Origin: an uncultured delta proteobacterium
GTDB taxonomy: Bacteria; Myxococcota_A; Polyangia; Polyangiales; Polyangiaceae
Direction of reading: 5' to 3'
Assembly (NCBI GenBank): GCA_963696385.1
Contig: CAVOKF010000004.1
Span: forward strand, 960,001 to 1,024,000
Length of the DNA stretch: 64,000 nt
The position numbers and the translations under genes are program-made. Each line of letters begins with the position of its first letter. The stretch's first letter is position 1. Positions 1-14,900 of this stretch are shown one piece after another. A model generated the notes under the pieces. The model had not been told where the DNA came from. It worked only from the letters and a program-made list of their open reading frames with translations, and did no database searches.

Positions 1-447
1 CACAGGCTCGCCCACGAGCTTCAGCGGCTCGGAGTCCCGCTCATTCCGCGCATGATCTCGGAGCTCGCCCACTCCGTCACCGGCATCGACATCCATCCGG
101 GAGCCATGATCGGTCCGCGGTTTTTCATCGACCACGGGACCGGCGTCGTGATCGGCGAGACCTGCATCATCGGCGAGCGCGTGCGCCTCTACCAGGGCGT
201 CACTCTGGGAGCCAAAAGCTTCCCGACCGACGACCATGGGCACCCCGTCAAGGGGATCCCGCGCCACCCCATCGTCGAAGACGACGTCATCATCTACGCC
301 GGAGCGACGGTCCTGGGTCGGATCACGGTCGGACGTGGATCGAGCGTCGGGGGCAACGTCTGGCTCACCCATAGCATCGCGCCGGGCACGCACGTGAGCC
401 AAGCCCAGCTCCGTCATGAGGTCTTCAACGACGGGGCCGGAATCTAG
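1..447 (+). CDS. cysE: Serine O-acetyltransferase (CysE/EpsC type), 5' end lies outside the window
   Basis: Frame open from base 1 (HRLAHEL...); motifs [34 protein letters not shown] and hexapeptide repeats. Confidence 0.9.
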   Translation, partial: HRLAHELQRLGVPLIPRMISELAHSVTGIDIHPGAMIGPRFFIDHGTGVVIGETCIIGERVRLYQGVTLGAKSFPTDDHGHPVKGIPRHPIVEDDVIIYAGATVLGRITVGRGSSVGGNVWLTHSIAPGTHVSQAQLRHEVFNDGAGI

Positions 448-606
448 CGAGCTCGCCTCGAGCCCGCGCGAGGCCCTCCCCTTTCCCGCCTGCCTTGCGC
501 CTGGAGTGTCGACGGCGGCGGCTGCCTGGCCCGTACGTTTGAGCCAAAAGGCATGCAGGGCACCCGCGGCGAGCGCGCGAGCCCGCGACGTAGACAGCAC
601 GTGGCC

Positions 607-1347
607 TTAGCTGGCGCGCTCGATCGCGGCCCGGTAGTGCTCGCGCGCATCACCGATCACAGGATCGCCGTGCGCGGGCAGGACGTTGGCAAAATCGATG
701 CCCAGGATGCCCCGAAGGTCCTCTTTTGGAGGCTTGCCATCCTTCACCCATGCGGGACCGACGTTGTACGCGCGGACGAACCCCAGCAAGGGCATGATCA
801 TCCGGCCCAGCCAGTTGAAGTAGGCGTCGGTCTTGGCCCAGTGCTGGAGGCAGTCGCCCGCCACCACCGTCCCGCGGTGACGATCGAGGACAAGCAGGGC
901 TTCGGGCGGGCTCGAACGGATCGTGTAAAGGCGGGCTCCGGCCACCGGCAGCTCGGTGTCCGCTCCCATCGCGACGTCGGGTTCGAGGTACACGTCCTTT
1001 GCGCTTGCGTCGAAGCCGGCAGTGTACCGCTGGCCCGCGACCGCCCACACCTTCGCCTTGTAGCGTTCACGGTAGAACGGATCGTCCATCCCGTGACCGC
1101 CGGCGAGCCGGACGACGTCGGTGACCTTGCCGAGCGCGTCGAGGGAAGCGAGGCCCGCTTCGTCGAGACGGACGCTGTTCACGAGGACGATCCGCTCACC
1201 CTCGCGCAAGATCGCCATGTTGCGGCTGAATGCGACAGGCGGCATGGTCATTCGCACAGTGCCCGTGACGAAATAGATGTTCGGCAAAACCTCGCGGATC
1301 GCGCCATGGGGCAGCGCGGGCGGGTGGGGGCGAACCACGAGAGCCAT
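607..1347 (-). CDS. Hypothetical protein, metallo-beta-lactamase-like fold (DUF4336-like)
   Basis: 246 aa ORF; HGMDDPFY, AGDCLQ and C-terminal LPAHGDP motifs resemble degenerate MBL-fold proteins. Confidence 0.6.
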   Translation of the reverse strand: MALVVRPHPPALPHGAIREVLPNIYFVTGTVRMTMPPVAFSRNMAILREGERIVLVNSVRLDEAGLASLDALGKVTDVVRLAGGHGMDDPFYRERYKAKVWAVAGQRYTAGFDASAKDVYLEPDVAMGADTELPVAGARLYTIRSSPPEALLVLDRHRGTVVAGDCLQHWAKTDAYFNWLGRMIMPLLGFVRAYNVGPAWVKDGKPPKEDLRGILGIDFANVLPAHGDPVIGDAREHYRAAIERAS

Positions 1348-1575
1348 GGGACATCGTTCTACCGGCGGTCTGCATCGAGGGAAAGAACGACAGCGTTAGG
1401 CGACCCGGCCCCGGGCCGGTGAGCCTGGGTGGCTTTTCCGGAAACGAGCGGCCTCTTCGTACTGCGGCATGTGCGCGCTGGCCTCGAAGCACGGCTCTCG
1501 CACGCGTAAAGGCGATCGCGAAAGGTGCCCGGTGACTCGGGTCGCGCCTTTTTTTTTGGATCGCGAGCCCGCGAA

Positions 1576-1602
1576 TGTCGGATCCCGGCCCGCCGAAACG
1601 TC
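1576..1602 (+). promoter_or_regulatory. Putative ECF41/42-type promoter (TGTCGG-N17-CGTC) for the SDR-SRPBCC-YCII-ECF operon
   Basis: TGTC(G) -35-like and CGTC -10-like elements ~25 nt upstream of the first gene of an operon that ends in an ECF42-like sigma factor. Confidence 0.5.
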
Positions 1603-1626
1603 GCGTCGATGAAAGGCAGGTCCGTC

Positions 1627-2343
1627 ATGAAGATCCAAGGAAGCATCGCTCTCGTCACTGGTTCCAACCGTGGCCTCGGAAAGGCCCTTGTTTGCGCGCT
1701 CTTGGAGGCCGGCGCGGCCAAAGTGTATGCGGCGGCTCGGGACGTGAGCCAGGTCACCTCGTCCGATCCGCGAGTCGTCGCGCTCGCGCTCGACACGTCG
1801 AAACCCGAGCAGATCGCGGCGGCCGCCCGGGCGGCTGAGGACGTCACGCTCCTCATCAACAACGCGGGCGTCTCCGCTTCGGCGAACGTCCTCACGGCGA
1901 GCCAGGCGGCGATGGAGACCGACTTCCGCACCAACGTCTTCGGGACGCTCGCGGTGGTGAAGGGCTTTCTGCCCGTGCTCGAGCGCGCGCCCGGGGGCGC
2001 GACGATCGTGAACGTTCTGTCGCTCGCTTCGCTCGGCAGCTTCCCGGCGCTCGGTGGCTACTCGGCGTCCAAGGCGGCTTCGTACTCGATCACGCAGGCG
2101 CTCCGTCCCGAGCTCCGGGGAAAGCACATCGAGATCCTCGCGGCGTTCCCGGGCCCGATCGACACCGACATGGTCAAGGATCTGCCGATTCCGAAGACGA
2201 GCCCGGCCGACGTCGCGAGCGCTGTGCTCGCCGGGGTCGCGCGCGGCGAGGAGGACATCTTTCCCGACCCGATGGCGCAACAGATGGGCGCGCTCTGGAA
2301 CAAGAGCCCCAAAGAGTACGAGCGCGCGTTCGCGAGCCTGTGA
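1627..2343 (+). CDS. Short-chain dehydrogenase/reductase (SDR)
   Basis: TGSNRGLG, NNAG, YSASK motifs; ATG at 1627 after gaaaggcagg. Confidence 0.9.
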   Translation: MKIQGSIALVTGSNRGLGKALVCALLEAGAAKVYAAARDVSQVTSSDPRVVALALDTSKPEQIAAAARAAEDVTLLINNAGVSASANVLTASQAAMETDFRTNVFGTLAVVKGFLPVLERAPGGATIVNVLSLASLGSFPALGGYSASKAASYSITQALRPELRGKHIEILAAFPGPIDTDMVKDLPIPKTSPADVASAVLAGVARGEEDIFPDPMAQQMGALWNKSPKEYERAFASL

Positions 2344-2377
2344 GACCCCGAGGACGAGCTACCGAAAGGAGACGACC

Positions 2378-2896
2378 ATGAAGACGAAACATTTCACGGC
2401 GACCATCCGGGTCGACGCAACGCCGCAAGAAGCCTTCGACGCCATCAACGATGTTCGCGGTTGGTGGTCGGGGCAGATCGAGGGCCGTACGGACGTGCTC
2501 GGCGCCGAGTTCACGTACCGCTACAAGAAGCTCCACCGCACCACGCAGAAAATCACCGAGCTCGTGCCGGGCAAGAAGATCGTGTGGCACGTCACCGACA
2601 GCCACATCGACTTCGTCCGCGACACGAGTGAATGGGACGGCACCGACATCGTGTTCGAGATCGCGAAGAAGGGCGACGAGACCGAGATCCGATTCACGCA
2701 CGTCGGCCTGGTGCCCACCATCGAGTGCTACGATGGCTGCTCGGGCGCATGGGGCTTCTACGTAAACGAAAGCCTTCGCAGCTTCATCGCGGAGGGCAAG
2801 GGGCAGCCCAACCCGGACGAGCGTCGCCCGCGTCTTGCGAAGACGAGTCCGGCCAAGAGTGGCGGCGAGCCGCGCGCGCACGAATTGCGGAGGTGA
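2378..2896 (+). CDS. SRPBCC/AHSA1-domain protein
   Basis: RBS gaaagga; WWSG, EWDGTDIVFEI, FTHVGLVP..ECY...W signatures. Confidence 0.85.
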   Translation: MKTKHFTATIRVDATPQEAFDAINDVRGWWSGQIEGRTDVLGAEFTYRYKKLHRTTQKITELVPGKKIVWHVTDSHIDFVRDTSEWDGTDIVFEIAKKGDETEIRFTHVGLVPTIECYDGCSGAWGFYVNESLRSFIAEGKGQPNPDERRPRLAKTSPAKSGGEPRAHELRR

Positions 2897-2900
2897 GCTC

Positions 2901-3614
2901 GTGCCTGATTACCTGGTGATGACACAGGAAGACGAGCACGCCCACGCGTCGCAGTCGCCGAAGGCGATGTCGGAGCTCATCGAACAGAGCGCCGCGTATG
3001 CCGAGGAGCTGCGCCGCGCGGGGCGGCTCACGGATAGCGGACGCCTTCGCCCCAGCAAGGAGGGCAAGCGCGTGCGTCGGGCGGGCGACCGGCTCGAGGT
3101 CCGCGACGGGCCTTTCTCCCAGGAGGGCAAGGCCCTCGGTGGCTACTACTGGGTTCAGGCGAGTCGCTTCGACGAAGCGACAGAGCTCGCTTGGCGGGCG
3201 CCCGTACTCCGGGGCGACGAGATCGACGTGCGCCCGGTGATGAAGGGCATGTGCCCGAAGGACAAGGAGGCGAAGCCGGGCAAGATCTTCGCCTGTGCGG
3301 TGCTCGGGAGCGCCAAGACGGAAGAGGCGTGGGTCGAGGTGATGGACCGGATCGATGCGCAGACCCAGGGTCGATTCCCGGAAGCGTCGTTTCTCGGGGG
3401 CCTTCGCCTCGAGCCACCGAGGAGCGGACGGCGCATCGCGACGAGCGGCGAGAGGCGCACAACGTTCGACGGACCGTTCCTCGAGAGCAAGGAGGTCATC
3501 GGCGGACTGTTCTGGGTGCGCATGACGAGCATCGACGACGCGGTGCGGTGGGCCGGCGAGACGCCCTTCGTCGTGCAAGGGGCGCTGGAGATTCGCGAGC
3601 TGTGGCGGACCTGA
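2901..3614 (+). CDS. Tandem-domain YCII (DGPF) family protein
   Basis: Two DGPF motifs (VRDGPFSQEGKALGGYY; FDGPFLESKEVIGG), each followed by EI(D/R)xR; GTG after ggaggtg. Confidence 0.85.
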   Translation: MPDYLVMTQEDEHAHASQSPKAMSELIEQSAAYAEELRRAGRLTDSGRLRPSKEGKRVRRAGDRLEVRDGPFSQEGKALGGYYWVQASRFDEATELAWRAPVLRGDEIDVRPVMKGMCPKDKEAKPGKIFACAVLGSAKTEEAWVEVMDRIDAQTQGRFPEASFLGGLRLEPPRSGRRIATSGERRTTFDGPFLESKEVIGGLFWVRMTSIDDAVRWAGETPFVVQGALEIRELWRT

Positions 3615-4825
3615 CGGCGATCGTCGACGACACGGTGCGCACCGAGCGCGGGCGCATCGTCGGGGGCCTGTTGCGCCTGTGCGGGAGCCTCGACGCTGCG
3701 GAGGAGGCATTCCAGGAGGCGGCACTCGCCGCGGTGCAAGCGTGGCGCGAAGAGGTCCCTTCGAACCCCGGCGCCTGGCTGATGACGGCCGCGAAGAACA
3801 GCGCGAAGGATGCGCGACGCCGACGCGCTGTGGCCGAAGCCAAGGCGCCGCTCCTCGTCGAGGACGACATGGATCCACGAGAGACCATCGACACCGTGAG
3901 CGACGATACCCTCCGGCTCATCTTCACCTGCTGTCATCCCGAGCTGTCGACCGACAACCGGGTCGCGCTCACGCTGAAGGTGGTCGCTGGGTTCTCGACC
4001 GAGGAAATCGCGCGGGCGTTCGTCTGCTCGGAGCCCACGGTGTCGCAGCGGATCTTGCGCGCGAAGCAGACCCTCGACGAGAAGAAGGTCGGGTACGTGA
4101 TTCCGGAGCGCAACGATCTCGCGGAGCGCGTGGCGGCGGTAGTGGGCGTCGTGTACGCGATGTTCAACGAGGGGCACACCGGGCGGAGCGGCCCGCTGAT
4201 GCGGCTCGACCTCCAGGCGGAGGCGCTGCGCCTGGCGCGGCTCATCTGCGACCTCGTGCCGCGCGAGCCCGAAGCCTTCGGCGCGCTGGCGATCATGGCG
4301 TTCGGCGCTGCGCGTGCGCAAACGCGCGTCGACGACGAGGGGCTGCCGATTCTGCTCGCCGCGCAGGATCGATCGCGGTGGAACCGAGAGCTCGTGCGCG
4401 AAGGGCTGATGGCGCTTCGGCGCGCGCGCTCGCTCGGAGGACGAGGTCCGTACGTCTTGCAGGCCGAGATCGCGGCGGTGCACGTGACGGCGCCCCGCTG
4501 GGAAAGCACCGACTGGGCGAGCATCGTCCTTGCGTACGATGCGCTCAGGGAAGTCTCCCCTTCACCGGTCGTGGCGCTGAACCGAGCGGTCGCCGTCTCG
4601 ATGCTCGCCGGCCCCTCCGCGGGCCTCGCCGCGTTGAAGGCGATCGAGCGGCCGCTCGCGGACTACCACCTCTTCTACGCCACGCGCGCTGACCTGCTCG
4701 AGCGCACGGGAGGCGACCCACGACCCGACCTGGAGAGAGCGATCTCGCTCGCGACCAACGATGGCGAGAAGCGGCTGCTCGAGCGACGGCTCCGCGATCG
4801 CGTCGCGCGCACTCAGCCCTCCTGA
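3602..4825 (+). CDS. ECF sigma factor, ECF42-like, with C-terminal DUF6596/TPR extension
   Basis: DAAEEAFQEA, PSNPGAWL, LRLIFTCCHPEL, YAMFNEG, GPYVLQAEIAAVH, SPVVALNRAVA; overlaps the YCII gene. Confidence 0.9.
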   Translation: MADLTAIVDDTVRTERGRIVGGLLRLCGSLDAAEEAFQEAALAAVQAWREEVPSNPGAWLMTAAKNSAKDARRRRAVAEAKAPLLVEDDMDPRETIDTVSDDTLRLIFTCCHPELSTDNRVALTLKVVAGFSTEEIARAFVCSEPTVSQRILRAKQTLDEKKVGYVIPERNDLAERVAAVVGVVYAMFNEGHTGRSGPLMRLDLQAEALRLARLICDLVPREPEAFGALAIMAFGAARAQTRVDDEGLPILLAAQDRSRWNRELVREGLMALRRARSLGGRGPYVLQAEIAAVHVTAPRWESTDWASIVLAYDALREVSPSPVVALNRAVAVSMLAGPSAGLAALKAIERPLADYHLFYATRADLLERTGGDPRPDLERAISLATNDGEKRLLERRLRDRVARTQPS

Positions 4826-4875
4826 GATCGGCGCACCGTGCACCCGTAGATGGTGCGACGGCCGCGGGCGCCATG

Positions 4876-5817
4876 TCACCGCCCGAGGCCGCCGGGATGC
4901 ACCGATCCCCGCGCCATCTGCTGGCCACGGATCCCGCCCTCATCGAGCTCTGCGTCCAACCGCTGAGCGGACAGACTGCTCGCGGATTTGCCGGTCTGCT
5001 TCGACGTCCGACCGGTCGCCCCCGTCCGCAGGTCTTGTTGGAGGCGCTCGGCCGTGCGCAAGTGAGCCTCGACCTGGGGCAGGGCGGATTGCAGCGCGGC
5101 CTTGAAGTCAGTATTCTGGACGTGGTTCACGGAGTGGTTCAGAAATGCGAGTGCCTTCTTATGGGCCTGCACCTGGTCGTCGATGTACTGACGATCAAAC
5201 TCGTCAGAATGCAAAGATTGCAAGGAGCGCAATGCGGCGATTTTGCTCGTGGCATTGTCATTGATGCGGTCGCTTACGACGTTGGTGTAAGGAACAATCT
5301 GCGCCTGCAAGAGCACGGCAGTGTCGTGGGTCAGCATCGTGCGGTGGGCGCTCACCAACAGTTGCGCGAACCACTTGACTTGCGCCGACGCCGCGGTGGT
5401 TTCTGCCAATTGACCCTCTTGAATCTCGTTCTGGTGAATCGCTGAAACGACCGCGGCAATTTGCGCATCGTCCAGAGGCCAAGCATCGAGTGCGGCGGCT
5501 CCCATCGGCTCTGGGACGCCGTTCTTCGAGGTCCACGATTCCGAGTATCCGGAAAGTTTCGATTGATCGTAAGCCGATTGCGGGCATTGCGAGGACCCCG
5601 ACTGAGAGTAAGCCGGCGCGCCGGACGGCCGAACCGCAGCCGGCGTCTGCGGCTGAGTACCCGTCGCGTTCGTGCCCAGCGCATCGGGATCCCGGGTCGG
5701 CGGAGCGACACCCGCATTCGAAGGCATGTTGGGCTGTGGCGGGCGGGCGCAAGCGACGAGGCCGCACAGGACGGCGAGAGCCGAGAAGCGCGACAGCAAA
5801 CGCACGAGATGGCTCAT
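4876..5817 (-). CDS. DUF4142-domain lipoprotein
   Basis: Lipobox LVAC; DAQIAAVV...NEI..GQLA, FDRQYIDDQVQAHKKAL and LPQVEAHL..A ferritin-like DUF4142 pattern. Confidence 0.8.
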   Translation of the reverse strand: MSHLVRLLSRFSALAVLCGLVACARPPQPNMPSNAGVAPPTRDPDALGTNATGTQPQTPAAVRPSGAPAYSQSGSSQCPQSAYDQSKLSGYSESWTSKNGVPEPMGAAALDAWPLDDAQIAAVVSAIHQNEIQEGQLAETTAASAQVKWFAQLLVSAHRTMLTHDTAVLLQAQIVPYTNVVSDRINDNATSKIAALRSLQSLHSDEFDRQYIDDQVQAHKKALAFLNHSVNHVQNTDFKAALQSALPQVEAHLRTAERLQQDLRTGATGRTSKQTGKSASSLSAQRLDAELDEGGIRGQQMARGSVHPGGLGR

Positions 5818-6137
5818 GGTAACCTCCAGGCTACCGATCCATTGCAATGTGGATACCCGACCATGGACTTCACAACCGGGTGCGCGGGGCAGCGTTGCAA
5901 CGATGTGGCGAACCTGTCTCACGGCACCGTGCCCCGACGCCTCAAAGCGACAGAAAAGCGCTTTTTGCCGCAGCTCAGCGAAATGTTCGCGTCGGGCTCG
6001 AGAGATCCGCGCTCCAATGCGTCGCTCCCTTGCCCGTTTGGGCAAAGAGTTGGATCGTCTTGCGGTCGAAGGCAGGCAGGTCGTCTGGCCCGCGGCGGGT
6101 AACGAGCCCCCAGTCAACGACCCCCTCCAGCGACGAA

Positions 6138-6153
6138 CGGCATGCCGATTGCT
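6138..6153 (+). promoter_or_regulatory. Sigma54 -24/-12 promoter (DUF6496)
   Basis: CGGCATGCCGATTGCT. Confidence 0.7.
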
Positions 6154-6201
6154 CCGTTGCGCGAGCTGCTGCACGAGACTTCGCAGCAGAAGGGAATTTC
6201 T

Positions 6202-6448
6202 ATGTCCGCAAAGAAGGCCAAGGCGAAAAAGTCGCGGCACTACGGACCGCGCGCGTCGGCAGAAAGTCGCGAACGCGATGCACGAGCTCAAAGAAGGGCC
6301 GTTGCGGTCCGGCCGCTCGCGCAAGCGCGTGACCAGCCGCAAGCGGGCCGTCGCAATCGGTCTCTCAGCAGCGCGTCGCGAAGGCGACAAGGTGCCGCGA
6401 AAGGCGGCGAACGAGTCCGGCCAGAAGACCGCAAAGAAGGAGCCGTAG
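6202..6448 (+). pseudogene. DUF6496-family small basic protein, split by a 1-nt frameshift near 6258
   Basis: MSAKKAKAKKSRHYGPRAS continues in another frame as QKVANAMHELKEGPLRSGRSRKRVTSRKRAVAIGLSAARREG. Confidence 0.7.
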
Positions 6449-6569
6449 CTTCCGTAACGGATACGCTCGTCCCAGGCTCACGGCACGATAACTGCCCTGC
6501 AAGAGCGTCAAAAGGGCTCGGCCGCCGAGGCGCGGCATTCAGGACAGTCCTAAACCATGAGGTGCTTCA

Positions 6570-7055
6570 ATGGTGCATTCAATCACGTCGTTGACGGGCA
6601 TCGTCGTCTTGTCGGCCTCGCTTGCGGCTTGCCATCAGCAGGCCGGACAGACCGAGATGCAAAAGGAAATACAAGCCAACGAGCAAGCCAGCAGCGCCCG
6701 AAGCGAAGCGGAGCAGCATTCGCAGAACGCGCGGGCCGCGGCAGACGACCAAATTGCCACGGCTCGCATGGACTTCGTGAAAGCGCGAGAGAATTACCTT
6801 CACGCGAAGCGTGAAGATTTGGTGAGCCTTGATGGTCGAGTGATGCGTCTCCAATCCAAAGCGCGCAGCTCGAACGCAAAAGCTAGGGCAGCGCTCGAGC
6901 CACAGCTGTCGACGATTCAAGCGCAGCGAGACGAATTCGTCGAGCAGTTGCGTGCGCTCGAGTCGGCCGCACCCGATGTCTGGGATGTCGGGAAGGACAA
7001 CCTCGACAAAGAGTGGGCGTCGCTTAAAGCCGACGTCGACAAGACCAACGACTGA
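6570..7055 (+). CDS. Coiled-coil lipoprotein, hypothetical
   Basis: Lipobox LAAC, helical body; sigma54 box at 6481 and gagg RBS. Confidence 0.7.
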   Translation: MVHSITSLTGIVVLSASLAACHQQAGQTEMQKEIQANEQASSARSEAEQHSQNARAAADDQIATARMDFVKARENYLHAKREDLVSLDGRVMRLQSKARSSNAKARAALEPQLSTIQAQRDEFVEQLRALESAAPDVWDVGKDNLDKEWASLKADVDKTND

Positions 7056-7153
7056 CATTTCGGTCCGTTTCGGCTCCATCGATCCGACCCAGATCGTGGC
7101 CGCGGAGCCCGCGGCGCCGATCGAAACGATCCCCCAAGGAAAAGAGGACTTTC

Positions 7154-7699
7154 ATGAAAAAGGCAGTCATTGGCGTGGTCTCGACTCGCGAGACGGCAGA
7201 GCTCATCGCCCAGCGTCTCCTCGATGCGGGGTTCGCGAGGGAGGACATCTCAGTGCTGTTTCCGGACAAGCAATCCACCACTGCGTTCGCGCACGAGCGG
7301 CACACCAAGGCGCCCGAAGGCATCGCCACCGGAGTCGGAGCCGGCGGTGTCGTGGGCGGCACGCTCGGCCTTCTCGCAGGCATCGGCGCGTTGGCCATTC
7401 CCGGCCTCGGCTTCTTCATCGCCGCGGGTCCGATCATGGCGACGCTCAGCGGGTTGGCGGCCGGAGCTACGGTCGGCGGATTGACGGGGGCGCTCGTCGG
7501 GATGGGTATTCCGGAATACGAAGCGAAAATATATGAAACGAAATTGAGGTCGGACAACATCCTTATGGCGGTGCATACCGATGACGGCGCGGACCGGAGT
7601 TGCGCTGCCGAGGTCTTCAAGAGCTCGGGTGTGACGGATGTGGCGACCCAAACGGAGTCGGCGGCCCCTGCAAGGACATTGCGTCCATCGGATGCGTAA
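7154..7699 (+). CDS. General stress / YflT-like membrane protein
   Basis: GAGGVVGGTLGLLAGIGALAIPGLGFFIAAGP, GALVGMGIPEYEAK; RBS agagga. Confidence 0.8.
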   Translation: MKKAVIGVVSTRETAELIAQRLLDAGFAREDISVLFPDKQSTTAFAHERHTKAPEGIATGVGAGGVVGGTLGLLAGIGALAIPGLGFFIAAGPIMATLSGLAAGATVGGLTGALVGMGIPEYEAKIYETKLRSDNILMAVHTDDGADRSCAAEVFKSSGVTDVATQTESAAPARTLRPSDA

Positions 7700-7863
7700 C
7701 GCGCGACCGCTCGGGTCCAATTGTGCGAAAAAGCAGGAGATCGACGACGCTTGCGGGAGCGAATCGACGTGTCGTGAGCATCCCACAGCAAGCCAGGCGG
7801 ATGCCCGGGCAACGTAGGCACCCCGAGTGCACCACTCGCCAAGGTTGGCTGGGCCAGCGGCGA

Positions 7864-11712
<3,849 letters not shown>

Positions 11713-11927
11713 TCGATTGAGGCGCTCAGTAACAAAGGCCTCCACGTAGAGGGTAGATGCCGCTCTCGCCCTTGCAACGGGAACGTGCGGTCGCGTCCGG
11801 TGGTCCGAGCGGGATCTCGGAGAGTCCGGCCTCGCGCGGAAGGCGGCTCGAGCAACGAAGAGCAGACCGAGCTCGAGCGAGACACTCGTTGTCAAAGGCG
11901 CAATTCATTCCTAAAGCTTTGTTCGTC

Positions 11928-14900
11928 ATGGTGGCGTCGGCCGACGTCGGGCTGCACGGCAGCCACGCAGCAGCTTCCTTTCTCGTGGGCGGAGGCGAGA
12001 CCGGTGCGCTGATGCGATCCATGGACTGGCGGCAGACGCGCCTCGGGCCGCCGAGGGAGTGGCCGCAGAGCCTGCGGACAACCCTCGGCATCTGCCTCTC
12101 GTCGCGCTTTCCCATCGCGATCTACTGGGGGCCCGAGTTCGTGATGCTCTACAACGACAGCCTGCTGCCGATGGTGGGCGCGAACAAACACCCCCAGGCC
12201 ATGGGAAAGCCCGCCTTCGAAGTGCTCCCGGAGATCCGGCAGATCATCGAGCCGCTCCTCGTGCACGTGCGCAACACAGGCGAGGCCACGTGGTCCGAGG
12301 ACCTGATGCTACCGCTCGTGCGCGGCGAGGCTCCCGAGGAAGGGTACTTCACGTTCACGTACAGTCCGATCCGCGACGAGTCGGGCGGAGTCGGCGGTGT
12401 GCTCTGCGCCGTCCTCGAGACGACCGAGAAGGTCATCGAGGAGCGGCGCCTGCGCCTGCTCAGCGCGCTCGCGGACACGACGCACGCCCGGACGAAAGAG
12501 GACGCTTGCGCATACGCGGCGGGGCAGATCGCGCGCTTCGACCATGACGTACCCTTTGCCCTTGTCTATCTGCTCGACGAGTGCGCGCGCGTAGCTCGGC
12601 TCGCCGGCGCGGCGAACGTCGAGAAAGGCACCCGCCGATCGCCGCCATCCATCCCCTTCGGCGACGAATCGCCGTGGCCGTTCGAGGTGCTCGGCACCGC
12701 AGCTGCGCCCAACGGACAGGGCGGCCCGCGGTTCGTCGACCTCGACCTTGAGATTGCCGGAGCGCGGTCGGCGGTCGTCCTGCCCCTCGAGCGCTCGGGC
12801 GGAGGGCGGCCGCTCGGCTTCATCGTCCTCGGTATCAGCCCGCTCCTGCGGCGGGCGAGCGTCTCGTACGGCCGGTTCCACAATCTGCTCGCCGCTAGCC
12901 TGTCGCAGGCCGTGAGCAACGCAGCGGCGTACGAGGAGGAGCGCGAGCGCGCCGAGTCGCTCGCCGAGCTTGATCGCGCCAAGACGACCTTCTTCAGCAA
13001 TGTGAGCCACGAGTTCCGGACGCCGCTCACGCTCATGCTCGCGCCCATCCAGGACCTGCTCGCGAGCCCGCAGGGCGCGGTCGTTGATCGGCAGGCCGTG
13101 GAACTGCTGCACCGCAACGGGCTGCGGCTCCTGAAGCTCGTCAACACGCTGCTCGAGTTCTCGCGCATCGAGGCCGGGCGCACCGAGGCCGTCTACGAGC
13201 CCGTCGATCTCTCGGCGCTCACCGCCGATCTGGCGAGCACCTTCCGCGCGGCGATCGAGCGCGGGGGGATCGCGCTCACGGTCGACTGCCCGCCTCTGCC
13301 CGAGGCGATCTTCGTCGACGGAGACATGTGGGAGAAGATCGTCCTAAACCTGCTGTCGAACGCATTCAAGTTCACATTCGAGGGATCGATCCGAGTGAGC
13401 CTGCGGATGGACGAGGACGGCGCGATCCTGGAGGTCGCCGACACGGGAACGGGCATCCCTGAGCACGAGCTTGCTCGGCTCTTCGAACGCTTCCACCGCA
13501 TCGAGGGCGCGCGGTCGCGCAGCCACGAGGGATCCGGCATCGGCCTCGCGCTCATCCAGGAGCTCGTGCGCCTGCATGGCGGCCACATCGGCGTCACGAG
13601 CCGTGTCGGCACCGGCACGACGTTCCGCGTGCGAATCCCGCGCGGCTCGGCGCACCTTCCTGCCGCGCTCATCCGCGCGAAGCGAACCCGCGCTTCGTCG
13701 GCCATCGGCGCACGGGCATTCGTCGAGGAGGCCTCGCGTTGGGTCGACCCCACGCTCGATGCGCCCACACGGGCTGCTCACCTCGCGGAACACACAGATG
13801 CCGGGGAACGTATCGTCTTTGCCGACGACAACGCCGACATGCGCGAGTACGTCGCGCGCATCCTGCGCGAGCGGTGGACCGTCGAGGCCGTCGGCGACGG
13901 CGCCGCAGCCCTCGAGAGCATCCGGCGCGCGCCGCCGGCCCTGGTCCTCTGCGACGTGATGATGCCCCGGCTCGACGGTGTCTCGCTCGTCAAGGCGCTC
14001 CGCGCCGATGCTGCGCTCAGGGCGACGCCCATCATCATGCTCTCGGCGCGCGCCGGGGAGGAGGAAACGGCCAAGGCGCTCGACACGGGCGCCAACGACT
14101 ACATCGCCAAGCCGTTCTCGGCGCGCGAGCTCGTGGTGCGCGTTGCCTCGACCCTCGCCGGGGCGCGGGCGGCCCGGGAGATGGCTGCCCTCGAGGAGAG
14201 GCAACGAGCCAACTCGTATCGTCACTTCATGCAGGCGCCTTTCCCGGTGGCCGTGCTCAAGGGGCCTTCGCACGTCATCGATTCTCGCGAACCCCGAGAT
14301 CCTGCGCGCATGGGGCAAGGGGCCCGAGGTCATCGGCCGGACGTTCGCGGCGGCGGTGCCCGAGCTCGAGGGGCAGCCGTTCCTCGGATACTTGGACGAG
14401 GTGTTCTCTACCGGCGTCGCTCACGAGGGGCGCTACGAGAAGGTGCGGCTGCCCACCGGCGCGGACGGCACGATGGAGACGCGATACTACAACTTTGTCT
14501 ACGCGCCGCTACGCGACACATCCAGTGCGATCGAGGGCATCCTCGTTGCCGCCTTCGACGTGAGCGAGCAGGTGCGCGCGAACCGTGCGAAGGACGAGTT
14601 TCTCGCGACGATGAGCCACGAGCTCCGTACGCCGCTCAACGCCATCGTGGGCTGGTCGCATCTGCTGCGCGTCGGCCACGTTTCACCGGAGCAGACGCCG
14701 AAAGTGCTCGACACGATCGAGCGAAACGCAAGGATGCAGTCGCGCCTCATCGAGGACATCCTCGATCTCGCACGGATCGAGCAGGGCAAACTCGTGCTCT
14801 CGGTCGCGTCCGTCGAGATGGTGCGCGTCGTCGAAGCGGCGCTCGACGCCGTCCGCCCGGCGGCGGAGGCCAAGGGCATCCGACTCCAGCCGGTGCTCGA

